From Ostrea edulis (taxonomy: Eukaryota): a stretch of DNA of 64,000 nt. The stretch covers positions 110,794,001 to 110,858,000 of the forward strand of contig NC_079164.1 in NCBI RefSeq assembly GCF_947568905.1. Direction: 5' to 3'. A program made the translations under genes and the position numbers. Under the pieces are notes generated by a model. It worked only from the letters and a program-made list of their open reading frames with translations. It searched no databases and was not told the origin of the DNA. Position 1 is the stretch's first letter; each line of letters starts with the position of its first letter. This document shows positions 52,010 to 63,478 of the stretch, piece after piece.

Positions 52010-53655
52010 TGTTCCTTGGGACTTGTCCACATACGAATTGGGACAAACTACATCAGGGGATCATTGAGGGCAAGTTTCATCAAAATCCAGCTGGTATCTT
52101 AGGAGAAAATGCAATAACATACTCTTACTGGGCCCCTAAGGATGGATTTTTTTTAAGGACCAACTACAACACTAGGGGATCATTCTTGGTCAGTTTCAAC
52201 AAAATCCAACCAATAACATAGGAGGATGCCATCATTACTTTTTGGGTGTGGTCCCTGATTGGGCTTGTAGGGGTAGGACACCCATGATAATTCATTAGCA
52301 CCAACTAAAGCACTAGACGATTATTCCGAGTAAGTTTCATCAAATTCCAACTAATAACCTGGGAGATGTGATTACCCTTACTTGGCCCCTACAGTCAGAC
52401 ACCTATGAAAATTCATAAGGATCAACTAGACCACCAGATGATCAATTTGGAAAAGTTTCTCCAAAATCCAACCAAAAACCTGAGAAAAGATTCAATGACA
52501 GACTTATTAAGGGGTTGCCTCTTACTTTGTCAGACTGGGTCAAGAGCCCCATGAAAATTCATAAGGACAAACTACACCACTAGGGGATTATTCTGCGAAA
52601 GTTTTATCAAAATCCAGCCAATGACATAGGAGGAGATGCAATAATAATCTTTTTGGGGGATGGCCATTAACTGGGTCAATTCCTATGAAATTCATAAGAA
52701 CAAATAATCTTCTAGGGGATCAATTTGCATAAGTTTCATCAAAATCGAACCAAATACCTAGGAGTAGGAGATGGGACAACAAACTTGAAGTGCCTAATGT
52801 GATCCCTAGAGGTCTGACCCCGATAAAAATTCATTAGGACCAACTACACCATTAGAGGATTATGCTGTATGTTTTATCAACATCCATCCATTGCCTTAGG
52901 ATAACTTTTGGGGTGGCCCTTAAATAGGCCCATAGGGAACGGACCCCCATGAAAATTTATAAGGTCTAATTAGACCAATAAGGGAAAATTCTGGGTATGT
53001 TTCATCAAAACACAACCAAAAACCTAGGAGAAGTTGTGATACCAAACTTTTTAGGGCTTGGCCCCTAAGTGGGAACTGGAGTTCTGACCCCTATAAAAAT
53101 TTATAAAACCAACTAGACCACTTGGGGATTATTCTGAGTAAGTTTTATCAATATCCAACCAATAATGTAGGAAGAGATGCAATAACAATTTTTTAGGGTT
53201 CACCCTTACTAAGCCCTTAGGGGTAGGACCACCATGAGAGCTTATTTGAACCAATCACACTAGTCAGGTATCATTCATAGTAAGTTTCCTCAAAATGCAA
53301 CTTATAACCTAGGAGGAGAGGCAAATAACAAACTTTTTGGGATGAGGCAGTTAACTGGGCCCCTGAGGGTCAGACCCCTATGAAAATTTAAGATCAACTA
53401 AACTACTAGGGAATCATTCTAGGTAGGTTTGATCAAAATCCATTCATTACCTCAGGAGATGGTATTACAAGTTTTAAGGGTGTGGCCCCTTATTCGACCC
53501 CTAGGGGTCAGAACCCAATAAAATTGGATTTGTACCATCTAGACCACTACCAGCTCATTTTATGAGTTTTATCAAAATCTGTTCCATGCAAAGAACCTTA
53601 AGTTTACAGATGGATAGACGACAGGGTATCACATAAGCTCAGTAGAGCTAAAAAC
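52010..53655 (+). repeat. Satellite-like array, ~12 units of ~120-150 bp, within a Helentron-like element
   Basis: Marker AAGTTTCATCAAAATCC recurs from ~52071 to ~53565; ends AGCTCAGTAGAGCTAAAA (53636-53653). Confidence 0.88.
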
Positions 53656-54309
53656 TGTAAAATATAAGTATTCATTCAGGCCAGTGACCTTGACCTTTTG
53701 ACCTCAAAGACATAGACCATGTCTCAATTCAAGCTTTACCCCTTATGCTCAAAGAATAAAAAGGAAAGTGACATTCAGAAATCTTGGAAACTAGGGGATC
53801 ATTCTTGTTCAGTTTCATCAAATTCCAATCAATGACCTAGGAGGAAATGTGATGACTTTTTAAGTCATGGCTCCTTAGGGGTTGAACTCCATAAAATTCA
53901 TTAGAACCAACTAAATCACTAGGAAATCATTCCGGTAAAGTCTCATGCAAATCTTCTCGTTAACTTAGAAGGAAATGTGATGACAAGAAATGACAACAGA
54001 TGGACAGACAATAGGGTAATGTATCAGCTTCAACTGTAGATCTAAAATCTGTTTATTGCTTTTACTTTGTTCCTGACATTTTTGTCATGGATGTTGCTGT
54101 TTTTGTTCTCATAGTCTGTCATTAAATAGCCTTGTTCTGACTTTGGTGTATTGTTCATGTGCAGTTAAACCTCTGATGCTCTGTAAGTTAGTTGTTGCGA
54201 GAAATTGAAGAATGGCCTCTTTGCCTACAAAAGAAACCAAAGATGTCCTATAAACATTTAATTCCAAATTATTTTTAATGAAAACAAGGAATCTGTGAGC
54301 CAATGCTCA

Positions 54310-54722
54310 CTAGTGATACCCCGCTCTAAACGTCCAAGTTCTCAGCAAACAGGAAGTTGTCCAATGGATCTGAAAATGCATCCCTAAATACATCATACCT
54401 ATATAAATCTTCATGCAAAATATCAGTAGCCTGTGATGTATAGTTGCTGAGAAATATGTTACGAAAAATGTTGTATCTGACCACTGCATACGAAAAATTC
54501 TAAGTTTTCGGCAAACAGGAAGTAGATGTCTGATGGATCTGAAATTGCATCCCACAATACATCTCATCCATATAAAGCTATGTACACAATTCTAAGATGT
54601 TAAGTTGTATAATTTTTGAGATATGGCAACAGAAAGGTGTTACAGATGGAATGATGGACAGACGGATGGAATGACACACAAGGGTAAAACAGTATATCCC
54701 CCTATCCTTGTGGGGGTATAAT
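54310..54722 (+). mobile_element. Helentron-like non-autonomous element in a YR intron
   Basis: Two CAAACAGGAAGT...ATGGATCTGAAA.TGCATCCC units; ends TATCCCCC...GGGGGTATAA. Confidence 0.55.
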
Positions 54723-55949
54723 TAGCCCTTAATCACAACCTTGGTAAACTAAGGGAGATCATAATAAAATTCATTACGATCTTATCTCACAACCTTCATG
54801 TAATAATTTCCATTCTATATATATTTACATTACATGTATTCATTACAAATGCTTACTTTGCAGTGGTCTCTCATTTGTGGAGCAGATGGCAGTCTGATAT
54901 ACAAAGTCCCTAAAATGATTTCTTACAATAATGCTATCTTCTCTTGACCATTTCACTACAACAAAAAGTATGATTTTATATTAACTGTAAATGCATTATA
55001 ATTTGAACACCAAAACGAAATAATGTGTCTTCCAAAATATGAAAGTTATGTCTTTTTAAATGTTGCCATCTAGCTTGTCTAACATTACAAATCTGTTTTA
55101 TGGCTGTTGGTGGTTGTGTTGATTTTACTGGTGTAAACCAGCAAGAAGCAATAACAGTACAACACAGTGAGATGGATGGGGCAAAGCTGTATTTCCTTGA
55201 GAAGCTTTACTGAAAATAGTTACTTTGGTTTCATTAATATTCCCGGTCATGGAATTCCATGGTTTTCAGTAGGTGCTTCGGTTCAAGCAAAGATGCTTAG
55301 ATTCTAGAATATTTGAATTCATGGATGAATGTTTTATATTTAACATATATAGGTAATTATAACATTTCGTTGAACATTTGAATTCATGTATGAAGTCAAC
55401 AACAAAATCCACGAAAATTGATGATCGACAAAAAATGATGAAACTACAGTAAGTCTTTCTGAGAAGACAATTTGTTTGTTTCCCTACTGCTCATCTCCTC
55501 AAGAATTCCTTGTACTGACCCATAATACAATTATCATTCACTTTAACAATGATTATTAAAATCTAACAATTCAAGGACAGTAACTTTGAAAAGACAAATA
55601 CCATCAACTTTAAAACAATTTTGACCTTCATCTTTGCTCAATATACTTTTGCACTAAATGTAAATCCAACATATCACATTCTGATATTTCATCTGAAGTT
55701 AAAAGTGGTGGAATTAAAATTTTCAAGGGCAGTATTTCTAGCATAATATGTCATCAAAGTCAAACTTGTCCTCTGTATTTGCTTTGTTTTTATGAGATTA
55801 TTGATTGTTTATCTCCACACTCAACAATTTTTCAGCTACATGTATATAATGGCATCCATGTTTTTATTGGTATTCTCACATAATGTCATCCATGTTAAAT
55901 ATATCCATGTTCTAATTTAAATTAAGGTGTGATGCCTTATTTACACATT

Positions 55950-56385
55950 TAATAAAGTGCACCGCCACGGCACATGATACGCCCGTCACATATTGTTAAC
56001 AGTATAGATTGTACCCATTAAAACATTCTTTTTTTATATCACCTTAATTAAATGTCACAGTGACCTTAAAGTAGGATGCGACACACCTTCTACCTAAGAT
56101 GCATTAGTTGACCAATTTTGGTGATTCTAGGTCTAATAGTTTTCAAGTTATGAGCCGGACAAGTTTTTGCCATATATGGCCATATCTTCTTAATGAAAAG
56201 TCACAGTGAAATGGTTTTAATGTGCGACACACCTTCTACCCAAGATGTATCTACAGACAAAGTTTGATGATTCTAGGCCTTGTAGTATTGACATGTAAGT
56301 TACGGGTCGGACACGAAAAAGCTAACAGACGGACGGACATGAACGCCATACCAAATACGTCCCGTCTTAAGACGGGCGTATAAAA
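55950..56385 (+). mobile_element. Helentron-associated non-autonomous element
   Basis: Perfect 11-bp subterminal inverted repeats ATACGCCCGTC (55977-55987) / GACGGGCGTAT (56371-56381). 3' stem-loop CCCGTC-TTAA-GACGGG. Two internal repeat units. Confidence 0.75.
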
Positions 56386-57179
56386 ATGTTAACTGCAGTT
56401 GTACTCAAGCCAGATACCTTGCCCTTTGAGAAGCAGTAACAAAAGTAATACAGTTCTGGATGAATGGACAGTTAAAAGATGACAGAACATGGAATGACAC
56501 CTCAATGGCTTCGGTTTACAAGCAAAAGTTGATTAAATTGCATAATCCAATTGTTTAAGAACAGTAGAGCAAATATAATATGAAACTTAATTCTTGCCTG
56601 AGCATTTTCTAGATGTCCTAGGAACATTCTTTTGAACTGATTCCACCTGTTCATCATCACCGTTAGTATCTTCTTCATTAACATAACAAGTTTCCTCTAA
56701 AATTGAATGGAATTCATCAGTAGTCTACTTATTCATTAGGAAATTAAGAAGTCAGTAAATTGTAAAAGGCAATATTTCCGGAAATGTAACTTAGAATGTT
56801 ATGTAGATCAATACCCAAAATGAGGTAAAAAGAAATGATCAAGAGAGAAAAACAGATGACTCAAATATCTGAGAATACAGTTTTTACAATCCTTGTGTTC
56901 AAGTTTCAAAGTTTCATCACATTAAAACAGAGCTTATTAAACATCTTCATGTTAAAGCACTGATTAAATTATTCGAAAGAACAATGAAAGCATAACTATA
57001 CCTGGAAGCATTGCAGAACATTGAATACCATTTAGGGACTCCTGAACAGAACCTGAAATATATTTAAATATGCATTACAGACTACAGGTATAAACGTTAA
57101 GGTTAGGGTTGGTTTCAAGAAATACTAAAATTGGCCAAAATGGCATGGTTGATTTAATACATTATTCACTGACATAAAA

Positions 57180-57720
57180 TGAAATATTTTAGGCCATGCC
57201 TTTAGATATCATGCTGGGAAAATTACAAAGATATGAACATGTAGCACACTTCTAAAGTGCCACATGTAGATTTTCTTCGTGTCCATTACAACTGTACATG
57301 GTCTGAAGAATATCAAATAAAAGCTGTGAGAGGAGTTAATAACATTGTGCAGGTACCATTTATACAAAACATACTGAGAAAAATACAAAGTTCAACTACA
57401 TGTAAACTTTTCCAAAAAATGTCTGAACACTTCCTAAAAATCACATACATATCTTCAATGTGTTCATTACAACTGTACAAGCAAGGTCTGAACAATGTGA
57501 AGTAAATGCTATGAGAGGAGTCAATTTTACAAAGTAGGTACTGTCTATTCAAAACAAGTTGTGAAAGTGACAAGTTCAACTAAATGTAAATTTTGGAAAA
57601 ATGTCAGAGCGCTTCCAAAAAGTCAAAAATACATCTTTAATGTCTCCATACAATTGTACAAAGTTTGAAGGATGTCAAGTTAGAGGTGCCATGAGATGAT
57701 TTGATTACACAAAGTACATT
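57180..57720 (+). repeat. ~3 diverged ~165-bp tandem units
   Basis: CATTACAACTGTACA...GCT.TGAGAGGAGT recurs. Confidence 0.65.
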
Positions 57721-59239
57721 GCATGCACAATTGGTCCGCTCAGCCAGCTGATCACCTGGCATTCACCATACTTCAAAGCTGAATGCAGGTTCTGCAACCC
57801 GGCCAAACATTCAACATCATAAGGAGATTAAATTAGTTGTAAAATACACTCAAAATCTATTTGATCATCATTTTTGTATCATGCTACAAAAGCAAAACTT
57901 CTTCCTAGCAAAAATTTGAGCGAAGCATGAATGAATTTATGCTAAATCCAAAAATTGCTCCTGCAAAAGCTGTGTGTCCTCCAATTACCACTTTACTGTG
58001 AAAGAAATGAAGTGTAATTGTTAGGAAGTATCACTAAGTCTCAAATAGAACCTTCAGATTTAAAAGCCAGTGCCCTACCAAAAAAAAAAAAAGTTTGAAC
58101 CCACTAGCTAGTATTAATAGGTGCCCAGATATACTTAAACCTAAGTACCACATCGGCCAAATCTACTAAAATTAATTCAGTTTGCAACATCTGCACTAGT
58201 TGTTGATGCATTTATGGTTACCTCACATATTCTTAAATTCTTTACTGTTAATTTTGTTTGCTTCTCATGCAAAAAAATGTTAAAATCCAAGTTTGGAAGT
58301 GCAAGGATGATCATGTTGCTTTTTGTGCCCTCAAGTGAAGATAGCATAGTCATGTGGGATGCTTTATTTTATGGGAAAATGCCATATTCACATCTGCAAG
58401 AGACATCTTTTACTGTCTTAACATACATTGATGACACCTTTTTTCATTACCTGATTTTTTTTTTTTGCCACACTCAACACTTTTCCATCATACAATGGTG
58501 TCCAGTTTTTATTGGTGGAGGATAAAACCAGTAACAATATACTTGAATCTCATGGTCGCTTATATGACCCGTGCATAATATCAAATCATTCTCTCCAGTG
58601 CTTTATGACAAGATGATTTTTTAAGAATGGTACCTTTTTAACCATTTGGGCCCATAAGCACAGAACCCTGTGACTAGGGGCACCATTTGAACACACTTGA
58701 ATCCCCATCGCGCAATGATACGTTTTGCCAAGTTTGGTTGAAATTGGCCTGGAGAAGAAATTGAAAATGTGGAAAGTTTACAGACTGACGGATGACAGAC
58801 AAACTAATCAAAAAACCTCACATGAGCTTTCAGCTATAGTGAGTTAAAAATGAAATGGAGCCATATCATTTGGGTGGATTAACATACATGTATCATGGAT
58901 CAAACCGAAACTTCTGTATCACAATTTATAACACCATGGTATGTTGTTGTACTCCTTTTGCTGGGGGAGACATAATTGATTAACAGCTTTACCTGACTTG
59001 TTCCTTTGGTTGCTGCAGCTACTGCTTCCCTCATAGTCACCCTGTCCATTTTCATCATTTTCTGTGTTTCCATTACATGTATGTTCCACTGAAAAAGAGT
59101 ATAAAATGATACAATGCCAACTCATGGTAAGGAATGAACGGTCATGAGTAAAATAAAAATAGGTTCTCCAAACTTGCAGATTAACCCTCAGCATTTTGAC
59201 ATATTGACACAAAAAGGCTAATCTACCATATCTGATTAA

Positions 59240-59800
59240 CATCCTACCAAGTTTCAATAATCTTCTAAATTTAAGACTTTTTTTATATTTTCAGTACATG
59301 TAACAGTGACCTCCCCAAAGGTCAAATTCACATTTTGACCCCAACATCTACCTTATCTGAGTAAACATCCTGAGAAAGTTCAATGATCCATCTTCTATAG
59401 TTTAGGAGATAGCTAATTTGCTATTTTTAGTAAACAAATTTGTTATTTTTAATAATAGTGATCTCTCCAAAGGTCAAATTTACATTTTAACCCCAAAAAA
59501 CAAATATAAACTATATCAGTAAAGATCCTACCAAGTTTCAATGATCCATCTCCTATACTTAAGATTTTTCTATTTTAATTTACATTGACCTCCCCAAAGG
59601 TCAAATTGATACTTTGACCCCAAAAGGCATATCTACTCTCTCTGAGTAAACATCCTACCAAAGTTCAATGATCCATCTTTTATAGTTTAGGAAATATTTT
59701 CCTAAAACAATTTTGCTATTTTAAGTTATAGTAACCTCCCCAAATGTCAACCTGACATTTGACCCTGAAAAACACATCTACCCTATGTAAGTGAACATCC
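59240..59800 (+). repeat. ~4 diverged 125-155-bp tandem units
   Basis: GACCTCCCCAAAGGTCAAATT...GAGTAAACATCCTACCAAG...CAATGATCCATC recurs. Confidence 0.8.
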
Positions 59801-60069
59801 TAGTAAGATTCAGTGGTCTTACTTCAAAATCAAAGGATGTATGGCCTGGAAACAATAGTCTAATGCACACACACACAAACACTAATACACTCACATCTGA
59901 CTTTGTGTTGACAATACCCTTAGGCCAAAATTGGCAGAGGGGTAAAAAATTAAGAAATCTAACTGCAAAGATAGTATTAGATATGTCCAAGTGACACCAT
60001 TGCCCCACTTCAGCAGAAAAATTGGAAATTTACACTCAATTTGTAACTACCTATAATACAGCTATATAT

Positions 60070-61050
60070 AAACAAGAGGCCAATGGCCCACAATGCTCAC
60101 CTAAACATAAAAGTTGCTAGAAAGCTTTATGCAATATACCAAGTCATTCTGCTCAGTACTTACACTAAAGACAATTTATATCTTTTCCAGTTTAAGACTT
60201 TGTTAAACTTTCATCCACTTGCAGGCCCTTAACATGCTTAAGTCAATGGATTGATTTCCCTTGAATAATTTGACTCCTCTTGTTGCTGGGAAGTTCATGC
60301 AAAATATCTAATCATTCTGCTTAGTACATGTACTTTCACAGAAGAACATTTTTATATCTTTTACTGTATAGGGGCCTCCATGTCAAAGTGGTTATGGGAT
60401 CACATTTTTAATCATGAGGCCTCTCATGTCCAGTCTTATTAGTACTTTCGCAGAATATTTTTTTTATATCTTTACCTATATAAGCATATGTTTAACTTTG
60501 AACCTACCCCCATGGGTAAAATTTGAAACCACCACCCCATCCCCATCCATCCCCTTATGGGCAGTCGACAAGTTGACAAACCAATATCACTTTAACAATT
60601 TTTGTTGCTAGGAAGCTTCATGCAAAATATCAAGTGGTTCTGCCATGTACTTTCACAATTTTTTTTTATCTTATTTCCTATATAAGCCTACGTCAAACTT
60701 TGAACCCCCTATATGGGCCCCAAAGTTTGCAGATCATTTTCTCTTGAATGAACTTGAATCTCATGGTCCTTTAGATGTCCCATGCATAAAATCTTATCAT
60801 TCTTTCCAGTGCCTTCTGAAAAGAAGATTTTTTCAGAAATGGTACATTTTCACCCTTTTTGGCCCTTAAGTACAGAACCCTAGGTGCCAAGGGCACCATT
60901 TGAACAAATTTGAATCCCCACCGCGCAATAATGCTTCCTGCCATGTTTGGTTGAAATTTGCCTAGCAATTTCAGAGAAGAAGTCTAACACTTAAAAAATT
61001 TACGAAGGACAGACAACGGAAAAATTGTGTTCAGAAAAGCTCACATAAAA
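60070..61050 (+). mobile_element. Helentron-like non-autonomous element
   Basis: AACAAGAGGCCAATGG...GCTCACCT start and GAAAAGCTCACAT end; internal repeats; 3' part homologous to 58540-58850. Confidence 0.6.
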
Positions 61051-62379
61051 CTGCTGTTCCACGCGAGATAAAATGGTCCATAATACTGAATTTTCTATGA
61101 AATGACAAAGCAATCAATTCATGGCTTAGGTGAAGTCAAGTAATGAGTAATAATATATACCTCAATCAATGGTTGTCAGCATTTTCCCCATCACACGTGC
61201 TGTTCTAACTGCAGGGGGACATTGGTAATTTTCTCTGTTTATATTTTCTTCGTGCCCCATGTACTCTAGGATAACTTTCCTGTCCTCTGGTTTCATCTCC
61301 AAACTGGCATAGATTGACGACAATCTATGTCTTATCTTGGTTGCTGTTACAGGAATGCTGATCTCAGCCCTTTCACTAACTTCTGCTACAGCATGCCATC
61401 CAGAACAATGTGAAAATCCATTTTTTGTTGCAAACAAGAAGGGATTTTCTTTTCTTATGCCAAAATCCCGTCTATCATTGCTTATCCTGTCTATTGCTTG
61501 GATAAGGTCAACAGGAATCAGCACAGGTACATATTTTCTGCCCTTTCCTTTCAAGTAGGCCATCTTGAAATTGTCTACAAGATATTGTTCTGCTGGATCA
61601 GAAATTTTTTCTACTTCATCCTCTTGAATCCAAACACCTTTCTTTGCATCTTCCCATTCGTTTGTAAGCATCCTTGATGCTTCCTCACCTCTTATTGCAT
61701 TGAATAGTGTAAGTCTTGCAACGACAAGACTTCTAAGCCAAACATAACTCTTAAGTGTATAGTTCTGCAGAATGCATGAAATCTCTGCTGATATGTATGC
61801 TTTTAGTTTCCTAAGATCTTCACCTGTACAGCTAAAAATCATCTATAAATTATGAACATGACAGATGTAGATCTTTTTGCAAAAATAATTTGGTATTTAA
61901 GGGGTGGAACATAAAGAAAAGAGAAACTTATTACCCATGAGCTGTCTCAGAATGCAAATGTCTGATTGATGAGATTGGACACTGGAGTGGCACTGAAATT
62001 GAAAAAAAAATTATACAAAAATTAAGAGTTGGCATTTTGATAATTTTCCATCCACTACATGTCCTTACATATTCAGTGTTACATGTGATGTGTATATTAA
62101 AAGCAAACAATACTGTCTATTTTTTTTGGTATAAATGATGTGTAGAAGTCAGCTTCATGTATAACTATCTTCTACTGCAAGACTGGGGCAATATATTAAG
62201 TTGCCATGAAAATTTAGTGGGTAAAACAGATGTTTGCCATATGATAATGCTCCCTGAATTTACTAAAATAGGAAGTTAGCTCAGTATGCATTATGGTATA
62301 ATTCCTTAACCAACATTTACACTTAATGTTGAAAATATTCTATATGTACTAGTAACATTAAATCACTTTCATATACCTA

Positions 62380-62680
62380 ACAATACGGGAGACAACTTTT
62401 CTATATATCTAAAATTAGGGAGACTAATCTTATATGTACATTAGGGAGACCAATATTATATATATACACCAAACATTAGGGGGACCAAATTTATATAAAT
62501 ATACATAATATTAGGGAGAGCAATATTATATATATACACCAAACATTAGGGGGACCAATTTTATATAAATATACATAACATTATCGAGACCAATTTTACA
62601 TATATATACCAACCATTAGAGAGATAAATTTTACAAAATGTTATATTAGAAAGACCAATTTCATATAAATCTTACATTGG
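62380..62680 (+). repeat. ~35-bp minisatellite (TTAGGGAGACCAAT...), ~9 units with a 70-bp higher-order duplication
   Basis: 62441-62510 is repeated at 62510-62580. Confidence 0.85.
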
Positions 62681-63111
62681 GGATAATTTCTACCACGTTT
62701 CATAAATTCAATCCAGTCATGTGTAAGACAAAGACATAAATGTCTGATCTAATTAAAGACAGACATAGACAGATGGAGGTATAACACCATACAATAATAC
62801 TTCCCCGTTTTTCAATTTGGTGTATAAAAATTCTATGTGTGTAGTATGAAACAAATTGCCAAGCTTCTACCATATCTAAAGAGAAAATTTATTGAACTCA
62901 GGACAGTAATTCAAAGAAGCATCAATTGAGATTAAATACAGCTAATATTCATACCTATTTCAGATATGTTGGAATCTTCAACAATGTCTGACAGACATGA
63001 TGGATAGGGTAGTTGAAATTCCAAATCTTCAATACATGAAAAACAAGATACAGTATGTCAAATGTATAGCACATATTTCATTAATTTCTTATGAAGACGC
63101 TGTTAATTGTG

Positions 63112-63478
63112 ACACAGTGTGAGAATTTAGTAGTAGACCTATAGACCGAGTATATGCCAAATGGATCAGGTCTATACCACTTGTGATTGAGCTAGACTAT
63201 ATTTGTCTTAGTATGGCATATTTAATTCATTGCTCCTGAATTTGTCTCAGTTAAAATAGTATTGCATTTTAGGGAGTTATTCTATATTGCTTTTCTGATG
63301 GATATTTATTGTTTAAAATAATTTTAAAGACATTGGATGTAATTGTATTGAGTAGGAAGTAAACACATTTTTCTTTTCACATCAGGTCTATACCAAAATA
63401 TTGTAGGTCTATGCCACAAGTATTTGGCATAGACCGATTGTCTATGCTACTGGGAAAGTTAAATTCTCAGACTGCTGA
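63112..63478. mobile_element. Probable MITE
   Basis: CAGTGTGAGAATTTA / TAAATTCTCAGACTG inverted ends; inner TAGACC...ATGCCAAAT / ATTTGGCATAGACC motifs. Confidence 0.5.

Larger units (their letters stand above)
54109..61823 (-). pseudogene. Tyrosine recombinase (Crypton-like/phage-integrase fold) gene with acidic linker and helical C-terminal domain; exons 61161-61823, 58993-59088, 56598-56696, 54857-54955, 54109-54224; 5' part not identified
   Basis: LTLFNAIRGEE (box I R), YLKGKG (K), ATKIRH (box II R), MGH, RENY. All joins are phase 1. C-terminus VKWSREDSIIVRNHFRDFV...SKEAILQFL...KVRTRLFNDRL*. In-frame TGA at 61162-61164 just before the donor. AATAAA on - at 54052-54057. Confidence 0.8.

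Noticed and set aside
49886-52221. Several short ORFs (49886, 49942, 50608, 50904, 50912, 52009)
   Set aside because: They lie in satellite arrays and share motifs only because of the repeat.
61934-61991. 58-bp candidate exon just upstream of the YR exon
   Set aside because: It has AG/GT sites and a phase-1 end, but the peptide (CHSSVQSHQSDICILRQLM) shows no motif I recognise, so it was not called.
5540-62680. CRISPR-like arrays
   Set aside because: The tandem repeats have no unique spacers and no cas genes, and the context is a spliced eukaryotic genome.
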